From Squalus acanthias (taxonomy: Eukaryota): a stretch of 64,000 bases of DNA. Positions 48,370-61,805 of the stretch are shown piece after piece; position 1 is the first letter of the stretch; every line of letters starts with the position of its first letter. A model generated the notes under the pieces. That model did not search any database and was not told the DNA's origin. It worked only from the letters and a program-made list of their open reading frames with translations. The stretch spans positions 248,001-312,000 of the forward strand of contig JASTWF010000357.1 of NCBI GenBank assembly GCA_030390025.1. Reading direction: 5' to 3'. A program made the translations under genes and the position numbers.

Positions 48370-49120
48370 TACAGAGAGAGAAACAAACAGATAGACAGAC
48401 AAGGAGAGAGGGACACATATAGAGATTAAGAAGGAGATATGGAAGAGAATGAGAGAAAGAGAGAAGGATAGAGAGAGACTGGGAGGGCCACAGAGACAGA
48501 CGAAAACAGAGAGACAAAGAGAGCAGAGAGCGACTGATAGAGACAGATAGACCGAGAAAGAGAGAACTACAGACAAAGCGAATGGAAGAAAGAATGAGAA
48601 TTTGAATAAAAATAGAAAGGAGAGAGAAATAGAATGAGGGAGAGATACTATTGCTGAAAAGTGGCAGAATCAGAAGGTGCGAATACTGATTTGGAGGTAA
48701 GGGACAGAAGTCCAGAAACAGAGGGAGAACTGGGATAGAAAAATGAGAAAAAGTTAGCAGGATAGAAAGAACATGTAACTGGGAGAATATACAACAATGT
48801 AAAGCTAATTGGAAAGAGCTGATTGAGGGAAAGGTAAACAGAGAAAGAGAGTCATCGATAGAGAGAGAGAGAAACAGAGAGTCAGAGAGTGACAGGAGAG
48901 AGAAACAGACAGAGATGAGGAGAGACAGACAGAAGGAGGGAGGGGCAGAGTGAGACAGACAGAGAGAGTTAGAGAGAGAGACAGAGCGACAGAGAGTTAG
49001 TCATAGAGAGGGGTGAAATTTAAAGGTCGACAGGAGTGAGACAGACAAACAGAAAGGGCGAGAGACCGACAGAAGGAGAGAGGGACTGAGAGAGAGAGTC
49101 AGAGAGACACAGGCTAGAGA
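48370..49120. repeat. GA-rich low-complexity tract
   Basis: Degenerate (GA)n/(GACA)n. Confidence 0.8.
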
Positions 49121-49689
49121 CACAACTGCGTTGTCCATCTCAGAGTAGAACTTATTGTCAAACAGGTGATGCAGATGCTGCCTGGAATATTGTGTGGCTC
49201 GTGGCCCAGAAGTGTGCATCGGGTCTATAGGTGTCTTATCACCACTTGAAAAACAGTTGGATTTGGGGGCTCCACAATGCGGAGTTTTCCAATTTCCTAG
49301 TAACCACAAAATATGTGTTTCGTGCAAAAATTGTGTGATTTGCTGGTTTCATTTTCAGCTCCGGAGTTCTCTGCACGGTATTACCACAGTCTCTGAAAAT
49401 TACAACAATGGGGAAGGTTTTAAAAGGGAAAACAATATAGTAACATTTATATTTTGATCTAATCTAGGGGGTTAAAATGTTATGCTTTCGCATTAAATTT
49501 TACTGTATCCAAAGCGACGATGTAGTGACAGGTTCTGGCTACGAGGCGGCTCTGGGAATGAATTTGCTGATGTCTCCCAGCTCAGTTGTCACCTGGTATT
49601 CAAGGAAACAACATGTTCATTAACTAGAGATCAGCAGCAACACCCAGGGAAAATTAAATAGTTATTTTTCATTTTATTTTTTCACTTCG

Positions 49690-51040
49690 GATGTGGCCAC
49701 CACTGGCAAGGCCAGCCTTTATTGCCCATCACTAGGTTTCCTTGAGAATGTGGTGGTGACTCGTCTTCTTGAAGCTCTGTAGTCCGTTAGGTGCAGGTAC
49801 TCCACAGTGCTGTTTGATAGGGAGTTCCAGGATTTTGAACCAGCGACGATGTCGAAACGACTATATATTTCCACGTCAGGATGGTGTGTTAATTGCAGTG
49901 AAAATTGGAGATGATGGTGTTCCAATGCGCCTGCTGCCCTGTTCCTAAATGCAAGATGTCGCGAGTTGGGGAGGTGCTGTCGAATAAGCCTTGGCGAGTT
50001 GCTGTAGTGCATCTTGCAGATGGTACATACTGCAGCCTCGGTGCGCCGGTGGTGGAGAGAGTGACTGGTTGAGGTTGTGGATGGAGTGCTGATTAAGCGG
50101 ACTGTTTTCCTGGATTGTGTCGAGTTTCTTCAGTATTGTTGGAGCTGCATCCATGCAGGCAAGTGCAGAGTATTTCATCACACTCCTGTTTCTCTCTTGT
50201 GGTTGTTGGATAGATATTGGGGAGTCAGGCGGTGAGCTATTCGCCGCAGTATACCCAGCCTCTGACCTGCTCTTGTAAACAGAGTTTTTATCTAGCTGGT
50301 CCAGTTCAATTTCTGATCACTTGTGACCCCTGGAATGTTGATTATGGGGGATTCAACGATGGTAATGCCATTGAATGTCAAAATGAACTGTTTTTCTCTT
50401 TTGGAGGTAGTCATTGCCTGGCACTTATTTGGCGTGAATGACACTTGCCAATTATCAGCCCAAGCTTGGATGTTGTCCTGGGCATGCTGTATGTGGGCAC
50501 GGACTGCTTCTTTACCTGCGGAATAGCGATTACAACACTGTGAAATCTTCTCCAAAAATATGCTCAGTCTGACATTATACCAGAGGGAAGGTCATTGAAG
50601 AAGCATCTGAAGATGCTTGGGCCCGAGGACACTGACATGAGGAATTTATGCAGCTTTGTCATGGGGCTGAGATTATTGGTCTCCAACAACCACTCTCTGA
50701 AGGCATGAATATAGCCAGTGGAGAGTTGTCACAATGATCCCCATGGAATTCAAATTTGTTTGGATGTCTTACTGCCACACTCGGTCTAATGCTTCCTCGA
50801 TGTCAAGAGCAGTCATTCTCACCTCACCTCTGGAATTTATATATTTTATCCATGTTTGGACAAAGGATGTAATGAGGTCTGGAGCCGAGTGGTCCTGGTG
50901 GAACACAAACTGAGCATCGGTGAGCCGGTTATTGGTGACTAAGTGCAGCTTGATGGCACTATCGACATATTCCATCACTCTGATGATGATTGAGAGTAGG
51001 CTGATATGGCGATAATTGGCCGGATTGGATTTAAAAAACA
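49690..51040 (-). mobile_element. Degenerate LINE (CR1/L2 group) RT and 3' portion
   Basis: NYRHISLLS, ALDIEEALDRVW and IQAWADNWQVSFTPNKCQ fragments. Confidence 0.7.
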
Positions 51041-51432
51041 TGAGAAATAGAAGCAGGAGTAGGCCGTTCGAGGCTGCTCAGCCATTCAAATGTAGCAGTT
51101 TGATGCAACCGAAAGGTTCGCTAAACCATGTCTGAATGAATCAACCACGTTGCTGTGGGTCTGGAGAGAAATATATCAGCCAGACCAGGAAAAAACGGCA
51201 GATGTCCTAACCTTAAGGGCATCAGCGATCCAGTTGGGATTTTACAACAATCTGGTAGCTTTCATGGTCACCATTACGGAAAGTAGCTTTTTACTTTCGA
51301 TTATTTGGGAGGATTTGAAATCAAATCTAGCAAGAGCATCAGTCGAGTCCTCGGGAATATTACTCCAGTAACAGAATCAATATGCAACCGCACCCGTAAC
51401 CGTAAGGTCAGATTGCCGGTGGAGCTCCCACT

Positions 51433-51917
51433 ACTGAGATTGCTGGTGGTGATCCGAATACTAACATTGCTGGTGTTGATCCCAGTACTAACATTGCTGG
51501 TGATGATCTCAATACTAACATTGCTGGTGGTGATCCCAATACTAACATTGCTGGTGATGATCTCAATACTAACATTGCTGGTGGTGATCCCAATACTAAC
51601 ATTGCTGGTGATGATCTCAATACTAACATTGCTGGTGATGATCCCAATACTAACATTGCTGGTGATGATCCCAATACTAACATTGCTGGTGGTGATCTCA
51701 ATACTAACAATGCTGATGGTGATCTCAATACTAACAATGCTGGTGGTGATCCCAATACTGACATTGCTGGTGGTGATCTCAATACTAACAATGCTGGTGA
51801 TGATCCCATTACTAACATTGCTGGTGTTGATCTCAATACTAACATTGCTGGTGATGATCTCAATACTAACATTGCTGGTGATGATCGCAATACTAACATT
51901 GCTGGTGGTGATCCCAA
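51433..51917. repeat. 27-bp minisatellite (about 18 copies), resuming at 54428-54498 beyond an inserted CR1
   Basis: Unit CTAACATTGCTGGTGRTGATCYCAATA. Confidence 0.93.
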
Positions 51918-54431
51918 TACATAGATACATAGATACATAGAAGATAGGAGCAGGAGTAGGCCATCCGGCCCTTCGAGCCTGCTCCGCCATTTAATGAGAT
52001 CATGGCTGATCCTCCAATTCAGTATCCCGTCCCCGCCTTCTCTCCGTAACCCTTAACCCCTTTTGCCTGTAGAAATATATCTAATTCCCTCTTAAATATA
52101 TTTAATGAGCTGGCGTACACTGCCCTCTGTGGCAATGAGTTCCACAGGTTCACCACCCTCTGAGTGAAGAAATTCCCCCTCATTTCTGTCCTAAATGGTT
52201 TAGCCCTTATCCTTAAATTATGTCCTCTAGTTCTGTTCTCACCCGCCAAGGGAAACATCCCTTCTGCATCTAGTCTGTCTAGACCTGTCAGAATTTTATA
52301 CACTTCTATGAGGTCCCCTCTCAATCTTCTAAACTCCAGTGTGTACATCCCTAAACTACATAGTCTCTCCTCATAGGTCAATCCCGCCATTCCTGGTATC
52401 AGCCTGGTGAATCGCCGCTGCACCCCCTCCATGGCAAGAACATCTTTCCTCAGATGAGGCGACCAAAACTGTACACAGTACTCGAGGTGTGGTCTCACCA
52501 GTGCCCTGTACAGCTGCAGCAAGGTATCCCTGTTCCTGTATTCCAACCCTTTTGCTATGAAGGCCAGCATACCGTTTGCCTTCTTGATCGCCTGTTGCAC
52601 CTGCATGCTCGCCTTCAGTGACTGGTGTACAAGAACACCCAGGTCTCTCTGTACTTCCCCCTCTCCCAATTTATTGCCATTTAAATAATAATTTGCCCTC
52701 CCGTTCCTGCACCCAAGGTGGATAACTTCGCACTTGTCCACATTATAGTGCATCTGCCATTTATCCGCCCAATCACCCAGTCTGTCCAAATCGCTCTGGA
52801 GCTTCCTGGTCTCCTCCTCTGAGCCCACCCCCCCTCCTAGTTTAGTGTCGTCTGCAAATTTGGAAATGCTGCATCCGACTCCCTGATCCAGGTCATTAAT
52901 GTAAATTGTGAACAGCTGGGGACCCAGGACAGATCCCTGTGGTACCCCACTTGTTACTGCCTGCCATTCAGAAAATGAGCCGTTTATTCCAACTCTCTGT
53001 TTTCTATCTGACAGCCAGTTCTCTATCCACGTCAATACTTTCCCCTTTATCCCATGAGCTTCAATTTTCCCTGCTAATCTTTTATGTGGGACCTTATCGA
53101 AGGCCTTTTGGAAGTCCAGGTACACCACATCTACTGGCTCTCCCCCATCTATTTTACCAGTTACTCCCTCAAAAAATTCCAATAGATTAGTCAAGCACGA
53201 TTTACCCTTTGTAAATCCATGTTGACTCTGTCCTATCCTGTCCCCATTTGCTAAGTGCTCCGCTATTTCATCCTTAATGATGGACTCCAGCATTTTGCCC
53301 ACAACTGATGTAAGGCTTACAGGTCTGTAATTACCTGCTTTTTCCCTACTCCCCTTTTTGAATAGTGGGGTAACGTTAGCTACCCTCCAATCCATGGGCA
53401 CTGTTCCCGAGTCTAATGAATTCTGAAAAATCATACTTAGTGCATCCGCTATCTCTAGGGCCACCTCCTTCAGCACCCTAGGATGCATGTTATCAGGCCC
53501 TGGGGATTTGTCCGCCTTCAATCCCTTTAGCTTCCTTAACACCATATCCTTAGAGATATTGACTTGCGTCAGTTCCTCCTTTGCAAATGTCCCTATTTTT
53601 CCCGATATCCCAGGGAGGTTTTTTGTGTCTTCCTTCGTAAAGACTGACCCAAAGTATGCATTTAGTTGGTCTGCCATTTCTTTATTTCCCGTTATATATT
53701 CCCCCGTATCTGACTGCAATGGGCCAACTTTGGTTTTCACCAGTCTTTTCCTCTTGATATACTTATAAAAGCTTTTGGATTTAGTTTTTATATTTTCCGC
53801 CAGCTTGCTTTCGTAAGCTATTTTGCCCCTCTTGATTAAGCCCTTTGTCCTCCTTTGCTCTATCTTAAACTGTTCCCAATCTTCCGCACTGGCGCTTATT
53901 TTGGCTATTTTATACGCCCTATCTTTGGATTTTATGCTGTCTCTAATTTCCCCTGTTATCCACGGTTGAGTCACCTTTTTAGATTTCCTTTTATGCCAGA
54001 TTGGTATAAACAATTTTTGCAATTTTGTCATTCTATCTTTAAATGCTTGCCATTGTTTATCTACCTCCAGTCCTCCCAGGAACGTTGTCCAATCAGACCT
54101 ACTCAGTTCCCGTCTAATGGCATCATAATTCCCCTTGTTTAAATTCAGGACCTTAGTATCTGAGTCAATTTCTTCGCTCTCCATTTCGAGTGAGAAATCG
54201 ATCATGTTATGATCGCTCTGACCCAAGGGTCCCCGTACAACAAGATTACTAATTAGTCCCTTCTCATTGCACAGTACCCAGTCCAATATAGCCTGTTCCC
54301 GAGTTGGTTCCTCGACATATTGATCCAGATAACCATCCCTTAAACACTCAAGGAATTCCTCCTCCTCATTATTTTTACTGATTAGGCTATTCCAATCTAT
54401 ATGTAAGTTAAAGTCACCTATGATGACAGCT
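51914..54431 (-). mobile_element. Young CR1 LINE, 5'-truncated, inserted in the 27-bp minisatellite
   Basis: Open ORF2 remnant down to 52019. Near-identical to 34792-37376. Confidence 0.92.
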
Positions 54432-55180
54432 GGTGATGAACTCAATACTAACATTGCTGGTGATGATCTCAATACTAACATTGCTGGTGGTGATCCCAAG
54501 AATGTGAAGTGCTGTATTTTGGTAGGAGGAATAAGGTGGTCACATACTCCGAAAGAATATTTTCATTTAACTTGTATAGAAACTTGGTTAGGACACACTT
54601 GGCGTACTGTACACAGGTTGGTCTCCATCTTACAAAAATGGATATTGAGGCATTGGAGAAGGTGCAAACAGACTGGGCTTGCAGCAGGTGGTGAGAGAAC
54701 CAACACCAGGGAAAACCTATTTGACTGAGAGGTTACAACTTTCTGGAAGGACTGACCAGGCAGGGACTCTTTTCATTTGAAAAGAGAAGGCTGAGGTGGG
54801 ACCTAATAGAGGTTCTAAAATTATGAATTGTAGACGTAGAGAACATGCTTCTGACTGTGGGGTTATCCGAAACTAGGGGTGATAAATATCGATAGTCACT
54901 AATAAATCGAAAAGGTATTCAGGATTCACTTCTTTACCCAGATAGTGTTTAGAATGTGGAACTCGCAACCACACGGAGTATGTTGAGGCGAATAACATCA
55001 CAAAGGAAGGTAGTAAAGTTCCGACAAGAAGTCAGAACCCCAGCTCCGTGTGGGGGGGAGGTCAATTCATATAATAACATTGAACAATGTTGAAAATCTG
55101 GAGTGTGGCATCTGGAGTGTGATATCTGGAGTGTGGTTTCCGGAGTGCGGTGTCCGAAGTCATTGATAAAGCGTTGAGGC

Positions 55181-55252
55181 GTTGCAGTGATCAAATGATA
55201 AGCCGTCGTTCTTGTAAACCGCAGAGTTCGGGTTCATCCCCCGTTCTTGCTT
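55181..55252 (+). pseudogene. tRNA-Thr(TGT)-derived pseudogene
   Basis: Collinear with 45327-45398, including the downstream flank TTTGAATATTT.AG. Confidence 0.6.
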
Positions 55253-55487
55253 CTGTTGGTTTTGAATATTTAAGGTGATCTTTTCGCTGCACCCACTGCA
55301 AGCCCAACATATCCTTCCTGGGGTGAAGTGCAATACACCGAATGAAGCACACCAGCTGGGGTCTAACAAAAGCATGAAACAACTCAAGCATAACTAGCTG
55401 CACTTTGTATTCCAGCCCGCTTGAGATAAATGCCCTCATTCCTTTAGCCTTTTGACTGGGCCACGAGCACGTTACTCAACAAACATT

Positions 55488-56202
55488 GGCGCGGATTTTC
55501 CGGGGCTTTTGACCACGGACGTGGTTGTCAGTGCCCAAAAAGTTCCTGGTTTCCGCATGTGATGCGCATGCGCGAAAACCCGAAACTCGCGATCTGTCAA
55601 GGTTTTGCTTCACAGAACATACGCATCTGCAGGAAATGCAAATTCGCTGGCGCAAAATTGGGCTCTTTGCGCAACTACTGCATAATGAATACCCATGAAG
55701 CAGAAACAGGAAAAAGCACGTGTAATGCCTTCTTTTACCAGGATAAGTGTTTAAATACATATTAAAATATTTTTTAAATCATTTAACCTTATGTTATTTT
55801 GGCCCCTTGAAAAATGTTTACATTTATTTTTCAATGCAATTAATATTTCTTTTAAATGTTTAATTATATTGTATATTAATTTATTCTGGTCATGAGATCA
55901 TTTATTCATATATTTGAGGGTTGTGAACGTGCTGGGATTCCTATCATACTTATGGGGATTCCGTACGTAAAAGGAATCCTAATAAGCATAATGGAAATCA
56001 CCCTTTTTAATTGGTTGGACCGTCCCACATGATCGCAGGGACGGTTACGTACCGCATGCGCCCTTGGAATATGTGGGCCTTTAGGCAGGCATCAGCCTGC
56101 AGGACCAGGAGCGCGAGTCTTCAAAGGTACGGAGGCACTAGGTAGATGCGGACTTTACTTGCGGTTCGGACCTCATTAAATCCAATGGGACCCTGCGGGC
56201 CA
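55488..56202. mobile_element. Diverged MITE related to 32766-33523
   Basis: Shares the GGTTTCC...TGCGCATGCGCG..AAACC subterminal palindrome, AT-rich core and CCCAC.TGATC.CAGGG block. Ends are approximate. Confidence 0.45.
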
Positions 56203-57091
56203 CTCACAGCGTTTATTTTTTAGCGACTTTGCAGTGAAGTAGAATGTTTGTAAGTGAGACTTCCTATTGACATTGTAATAGCAGGACAAATCTGCTTTGG
56301 ATGATATACAGGCCGACGATATCGGCTGTTAGATTCTGAATTAAAATATAATGTAAACCACTGAAACTGTTGAATTGTAGTTGACCCCAGCACCAGCTGT
56401 TTAATTATTATTTTCGTATTACCAATGCAGTGACAAACATACAAAGGTTACAGGAATATCCGGGACCTGAATGTGTGCGAGACCCTGCTCTTAATTCACT
56501 CGATAAGGTGGACCATGACGAGCTGTTTCAGCTTGTCCAGAACAGTAGAACCAGAGGACACGGCCTGAGATTGAAGGGGGTAAATTCAAAACTAATCTCT
56601 GGATTATTTCAGTGAGCGACTGTCTATCTGTGGAACAATCTTCCTTCCTAATCTTTAAAATCAAGACTAGAGGACAGTGCACATCATGGAATACGGGCAG
56701 CAACATTAGAATTTGAATAAAGGGGAATTTAGGGGAACACTGTAAATGTTTAATTAGAAATGGAGAACAGGAAAATTAAGTCCATAAATTAACATTTAAT
56801 TAGAAATAGAATAAAGGTAATATAGGGGAACACAGTGATCGATTAATTATAAATAGATGACAGTGGAATATGGCAACTGATATTAGAAATAGGGACCAGC
56901 ATTTAGAAGTAGAGGACATTGGGAAAAGCGACTATTCAATTAGAAATAGAGGACAAGGAGATTCAGGGAAATCAACACACTGTCTAACTAGCAATAGAAG
57001 TCATGATGCGGAGATGCCGGTGTTGGACTGGGGTGGACAAAAGTGAGAAGTCGCACAACACCAGGTTATAGTCCAACAGGGTTATTTGAAA

Positions 57092-57129
57092 ACACAAGCT
57101 TTCGGAGCGGCTGCTCCTTCGTCAGGTGA
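57092..57129 (-). ncRNA. Minimal type I hammerhead ribozyme motif (inverted pLTR)
   Basis: UCAC-CUGACGA-A-GGAGC-AGCC-GCUCC-GAAA-GC-UU-GUGU. Core and stem II intact, stem I is 3 bp. Confidence 0.7.
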
Positions 57130-57363
57130 AGTGAAGAAATAAAAATGGGCACAGCATATATAGACAGAGAACAATGCCTGTGCAGAGAACAATTCCAGAA
57201 GACTACAGTTAATCTTTCTAACTGCCATTTATCACACCTCGGAAGAGAGACAATCACGGCAATCAAATGATCCAAAGACATTAAATCAAAGACGATAGCA
57301 AACTACAACAAAGACAATGAGGTGGGGTCACAAGGGGTCAAATGTGTCAGATGCTGCAGTCTG

Positions 57364-58710
57364 CCCACGATGACAGCATCACTGCGACATCCTCAGTACT
57401 CAACACCAACAACAGCCAATCTCCAGACGCCATCCTACAACTCATCTGCTTCATCCTTGACCACAATGTCTTCACCTTCGACAACCAGTTTTTTACCCAA
57501 ACGCACGGATCAGCCATGGGGACCAAATTCGCACCCCAATACGCCAAAATCTTCATGCACAAGTTCGAGCAAGACTTATTCGCTGCACAGGACCTCCAAC
57601 CAAGGCTGTACACCAGATACATCGACGACATTTTCTTCCTTTGGACCCACGGCAAAGGATCACTGAAAAGATTACACGATAACATCAGCAAGTTCCATCC
57701 CACCATCAAACTCACCATGGACTACTCCTCAGAATCGGTTTCATTCATGGACACACGAATCTCCATCAAAGACGGACATCTCAGCACATCACTCTACCGC
57801 AAGCCGACGGACAACCTCACGATGCTCCACATCTCCAGCTTCCACCCTAACCACGTTAAATAACCATCCCCTATGGACAAGCCCTGCGAATACATAGGAT
57901 CTGCTTAGACGAGGAGGAACACGATGGACACCTACAGATGCTGAAAGACGCCCTAGTAAGAACGGGATATGACGCTCGACTCGTCGATCGACAGTTCGGA
58001 TGGGCCACAGAGAAAAATCGCATAGACCTCCTCAGAAGCCAAACACGGGGCACAACCAAAAGAGTACCCTACTTCGTCCAGCACTTCCCCGGAGCGGAGA
58101 AACTACGCCATGTTCTTCGCAGCCTTCAACATGTCATCGATGACGACGAACACCTCGCTAAGGCCATCCCCACGCCTCCACTACTCGCCTTCAGACAGCC
58201 ACCTAACCTCAAAAGTACCATCGTTCGCAGCAAATTACCCAGCTTTCAGGAGTATAGCGAACACGACGCCACACAACCCTGCCACGGCAACCTCTGCAAG
58301 ACATGCCAGATCATCTAAACAGATACCATCATCACACGTGAGGACACTACCCACCAGGTACATGGTGCATACTCATGTGACTCGGCCAACGTTGTCTACC
58401 TCATACGTTGGAGGAAAGGATACCCTGGAGCATGGTACATCGGCGAGACCATGCAGACACTGCGATAACATATGAACGGACACCGCGCAACAATCGCCAG
58501 GCAGGAGTGTTACCTCCCAGTCGGGGAACACTTCAACACTCAAGGTCATTCAGCCATGGATCTTCGGGTAAGCGTTCTCCAAGGCGGCCTTCGAGACAGA
58601 CGACAACGCAAAATCATCGAGCAGAAACTGATAGCCCTGTACCGCACCCATGAGGACGGCCTCAACCGGGATCTTGGGTTCATGTCACGCTACATGAAAC
58701 CCCACCTGAC
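57364..58710 (+). pseudogene. Penelope RT plus GIY-YIG endonuclease, disrupted
   Basis: ORF fragments 57342-57863, 57938-58318 and 58472-58768, with stops and a frameshift. Confidence 0.85.
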
Positions 58711-59038
58711 GTATAGTCATCCAAACTCGAGCCGTCGTTGGCTTGTTCACAGATGTGATTTCCAGTAAAAAAAGTAAAAAATTTAAAGTTTTTGGTTTTC
58801 CATACAGACTGCAGCATCTGACACATTAGACCCCCTGTGACCCCACCTCATCGTCTTTGTTGTATTTTGCTATCGTCTTTGATGTAATGTCTTTGGATCA
58901 TTTGATTGCCGTGATTGTCTCTCTGACGAGGTGTGAGAAAAGGCAGTTAGATAGATTAACTGCAGTCGTCTGGAATTGTTCTCTGCACAGGCATTGTTCT
59001 CTGTCTATATATGCTGTGCCCATTTGTATTTCTTCACT

Positions 59039-59076
59039 TCACCTGACCAAGGAGCAGCCGCTCCGAAAGCTTGTGA
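59039..59076 (+). ncRNA. Hammerhead motif with a core mutation (CUGACCA), likely inactive
   Basis: Stems I (UCAC/GUGA) and II (GGAGC/GCUCC) are intact, but G8 is changed to C. Confidence 0.6.
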
Positions 59077-61805
59077 TTTCAAATAAACCTGTTGGACTAT
59101 AACCTGGTGTTGTGCGACTTCTCACTTTAGAAATAGAAGAAAAGGCGACATAGGGGTAAACAGTAATTGTTGACTTTAAAGTGGGGGACTGGGGAGACAG
59201 TAACTGATTGTTTAGAAATAGCGGAGATGGGAATGTCAGGGAAACACAGTAACTGTTTAATCAGAAATTGGGGCGCAAGAACATAGTACCCATATATAGA
59301 GAGTTACTTGACAGGGGTACAGAGTTACTGTTTAATAACAAATAGAGGGCAAGGAATGTCAGGGAAAAACAATAACTGTTTTATTAGAATAGAGAAACTC
59401 AAAGGGAGTATAACAACTTTTTAATTAGAAACAGGGGACGGGGAATCACAACCACATCAAATTGAATGTGACACGGTTATGTAATGGTTAATTATTCATG
59501 CCTTTGCTTTCTAATTTACTTGTCGAGTTTGGATGATGTGGTTGATTGCAGGTCGCCTTCTCACGATTGTAGTTGGGTGCAGAACATCGCTGAATGATGG
59601 AATTAAAACTTCTGCCTGCTGCCTGACTCCTGCCTTAAATATTGTGGGTCGTCTGAATCGAGATAAATGAGAATGTGCCTCTTGCACAGAACTGTCCGCA
59701 CCTAATGAGCAATTTCCCCAGAAGTTGGATGCCATCCGGATTGGCAGAGCCCGGGCTCCACGGGGACCTGCAACCAAATGTACTTTGGCTTTTGGAGAAC
59801 GTCTGGGTCAAATGGAATGTTAAAGAGTGACGGGTAAAGCGGAGTCTTAATCACAGTTAGTAAATGGAACCCAATCACAATTAAAGTACAAAGGGGTTAG
59901 CGTAAGGTTTTCAACAAGGCTTTTGATCATTGGAGTGAGGTGCCATAGATTTATTAAGCAGATAATGCATGCAATAGTACCAATTGAAACATTTAGTAGT
60001 AAGTCTAATTTTGTTTCTGTATCTATTGTACTAATTGAAAATGATGATGGATGCCCGGATGTTTTTCGTTGCCGAGCTGTCTTCCCACACTGTTACCAAA
60101 TGATTCAAGTTCCCTGAAATTGAAGAATCTTTTTTCAATGTCATGAGTTTAATTAAATCGCATATGACTTCATCCTGAAACTGGCCATTGCTGCAGCGTC
60201 AGCGCTGGCAAAACAACCCAGTGGTACTTTAAGTAGATTTATACTTCCCTGCATAACAGGAAAAGGCCAAATGTTAACATTGCTACAATAGAAAAACAAC
60301 CCAAAACAGTATAGCATGAGAAGAATTTCGGATGATCTGATTGACCATTTCCTTACAATTCCCCCTTTGTTGGCGTGAGAGTATTTAAGGTCAACACGAA
60401 ACAATTTTCATCAGCATCATACATCTATCTCGACCTATTCTATGGCACAGGTCTCTGCACCTTATTTTTTGCATATGTTCTCACTCTCCATGGCCAGATT
60501 AAACATTTCATGTAGTGGTGTTATCAATGTGACTGACCATGTCTTGGGATCCATTCTTCATCAAGCATATCACATGCTGGCTGCTTTATGCTCGACATGT
60601 CACTTCTGCACACACAGCGATTCCAACGATTATGCCGCGAGAGACATCTAATACAAGCCATCCCTTTCCTTTCTGGCTATCATATGGAACGATCAGGAGT
60701 GTGGAGGTGTTTGAATAGAATCTCCCCCTGCATGGACCTGATGTTTCGGATAGTGACCAGGCTATAAAATACATTCTTCTCATTGTTCAGTATAAACAAG
60801 GACACAGCCATTTCCAAGAAAAAGTTATCAATTATCCATCTTAACTACACCTTTCACTAGATTGTGATTTGATAGCAGATTGCTATATTTTGGCTAGTGT
60901 ACCCAGGTGATTTAAGTTAAGAAGGGACTTGACAGTATAGATAGAAGCAGACTGCTTCCATTAGTTGAGGGATCAAGAGCTAACGGCCAAATATAATGTA
61001 ATATATGTTAGAGATTTAGATCTAAAGGTAGTAGGAACCACTTTACACGGAGAGTTGTGAGACTGGAAATAACAGAGGCAGAAATATGTCAGTATTGAAG
61101 ATTAAATTATCTAGATGGATGAATAAAAATAGGTTGAAGTGATGTTGAAACCGGGCGGGTAAAGTGAATCGAATTAATTACGGGGATGGAGTGAAGACGC
61201 CGACAAGGCCTGTTTGGATCGAATGGATTGTGCCCCTCTTATAACATTCCAACATTGTGATGACCAGTTGAGATTTTCAGTAAATATTTGTGAACAAAGA
61301 TGTCTAATGTCACATTGACGCGTCAAGTTCCTACTGTCTCCATCATCAGACACTGATCAGGAGACAGGCCCCTGTTCTATTGGTCCAGGAGACAATGGGC
61401 GGCGGAGTCTGATGGGGAGACCAGCGCCTGCAACATTCACACCAAGATAACAGAATTACAGATAACCACCATTGTAACACATTGTTTATACACTAAAGAA
61501 AACTTTAACTGTTAATTAAACTGCGGCGTCTCATTCCAGTACCTGCGTTGTGAAACAGTTAACGCTGACGCCACATGTTCTACTCCACTGCTGAAGCTCA
61601 GTCATGACTGTTCTCTTTGAATCTTGAGCGGGAAGTGCGCTGTTTTACGGGAATCGATTATGTTCACCCGGGGAAAGCAGCAGACATCAAACACACGGCA
61701 CAAAGTGGGCGAAATGTTTTCTGATTCCTGTTTATTTTCACAATGACAAACCGCTTTCCCCCTAACAGAAAGCTGGCTATTCCAAAATGGAACACGGGCT
61801 TTAAT

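Larger units (their letters stand above)
57002..59127 (+). mobile_element. Penelope-like element (probably Neptune-type), 5'-truncated, with inverted pseudo-LTRs
   Basis: RT (QTHGSAMG, RYIDDIF, LYRKPT), Cys-rich linker (PCHGNLCKTC) and GIY-YIG (VVYLI...WYIGET). Inverted repeat 57040-57363 / 58805-59128. Candidate 12-bp TSD TAG(C/A)AATAGAAG at 56989-57000 and 59128-59139. Confidence 0.9.

Noticed and set aside
51301..51990. Repetitive ORFs of 176-229 aa on both strands
   Set aside because: Artefacts of a stop-free 27-bp (9-codon) minisatellite. The N-terminus of ORF 52019-54499 has the same origin.
56700..59450. TAGAAATAGA-containing repeats flanking the Penelope element as part of it
   Set aside because: They form a degenerate host tandem repeat on both sides. 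This also makes the proposed Penelope TSD less certain.
59480..60830. Non-repetitive stretch with short ORFs, possibly a decayed gene or viral fragment
   Set aside because: The frames I translated have multiple stops and no motif I could recognise. BLASTx would be needed.
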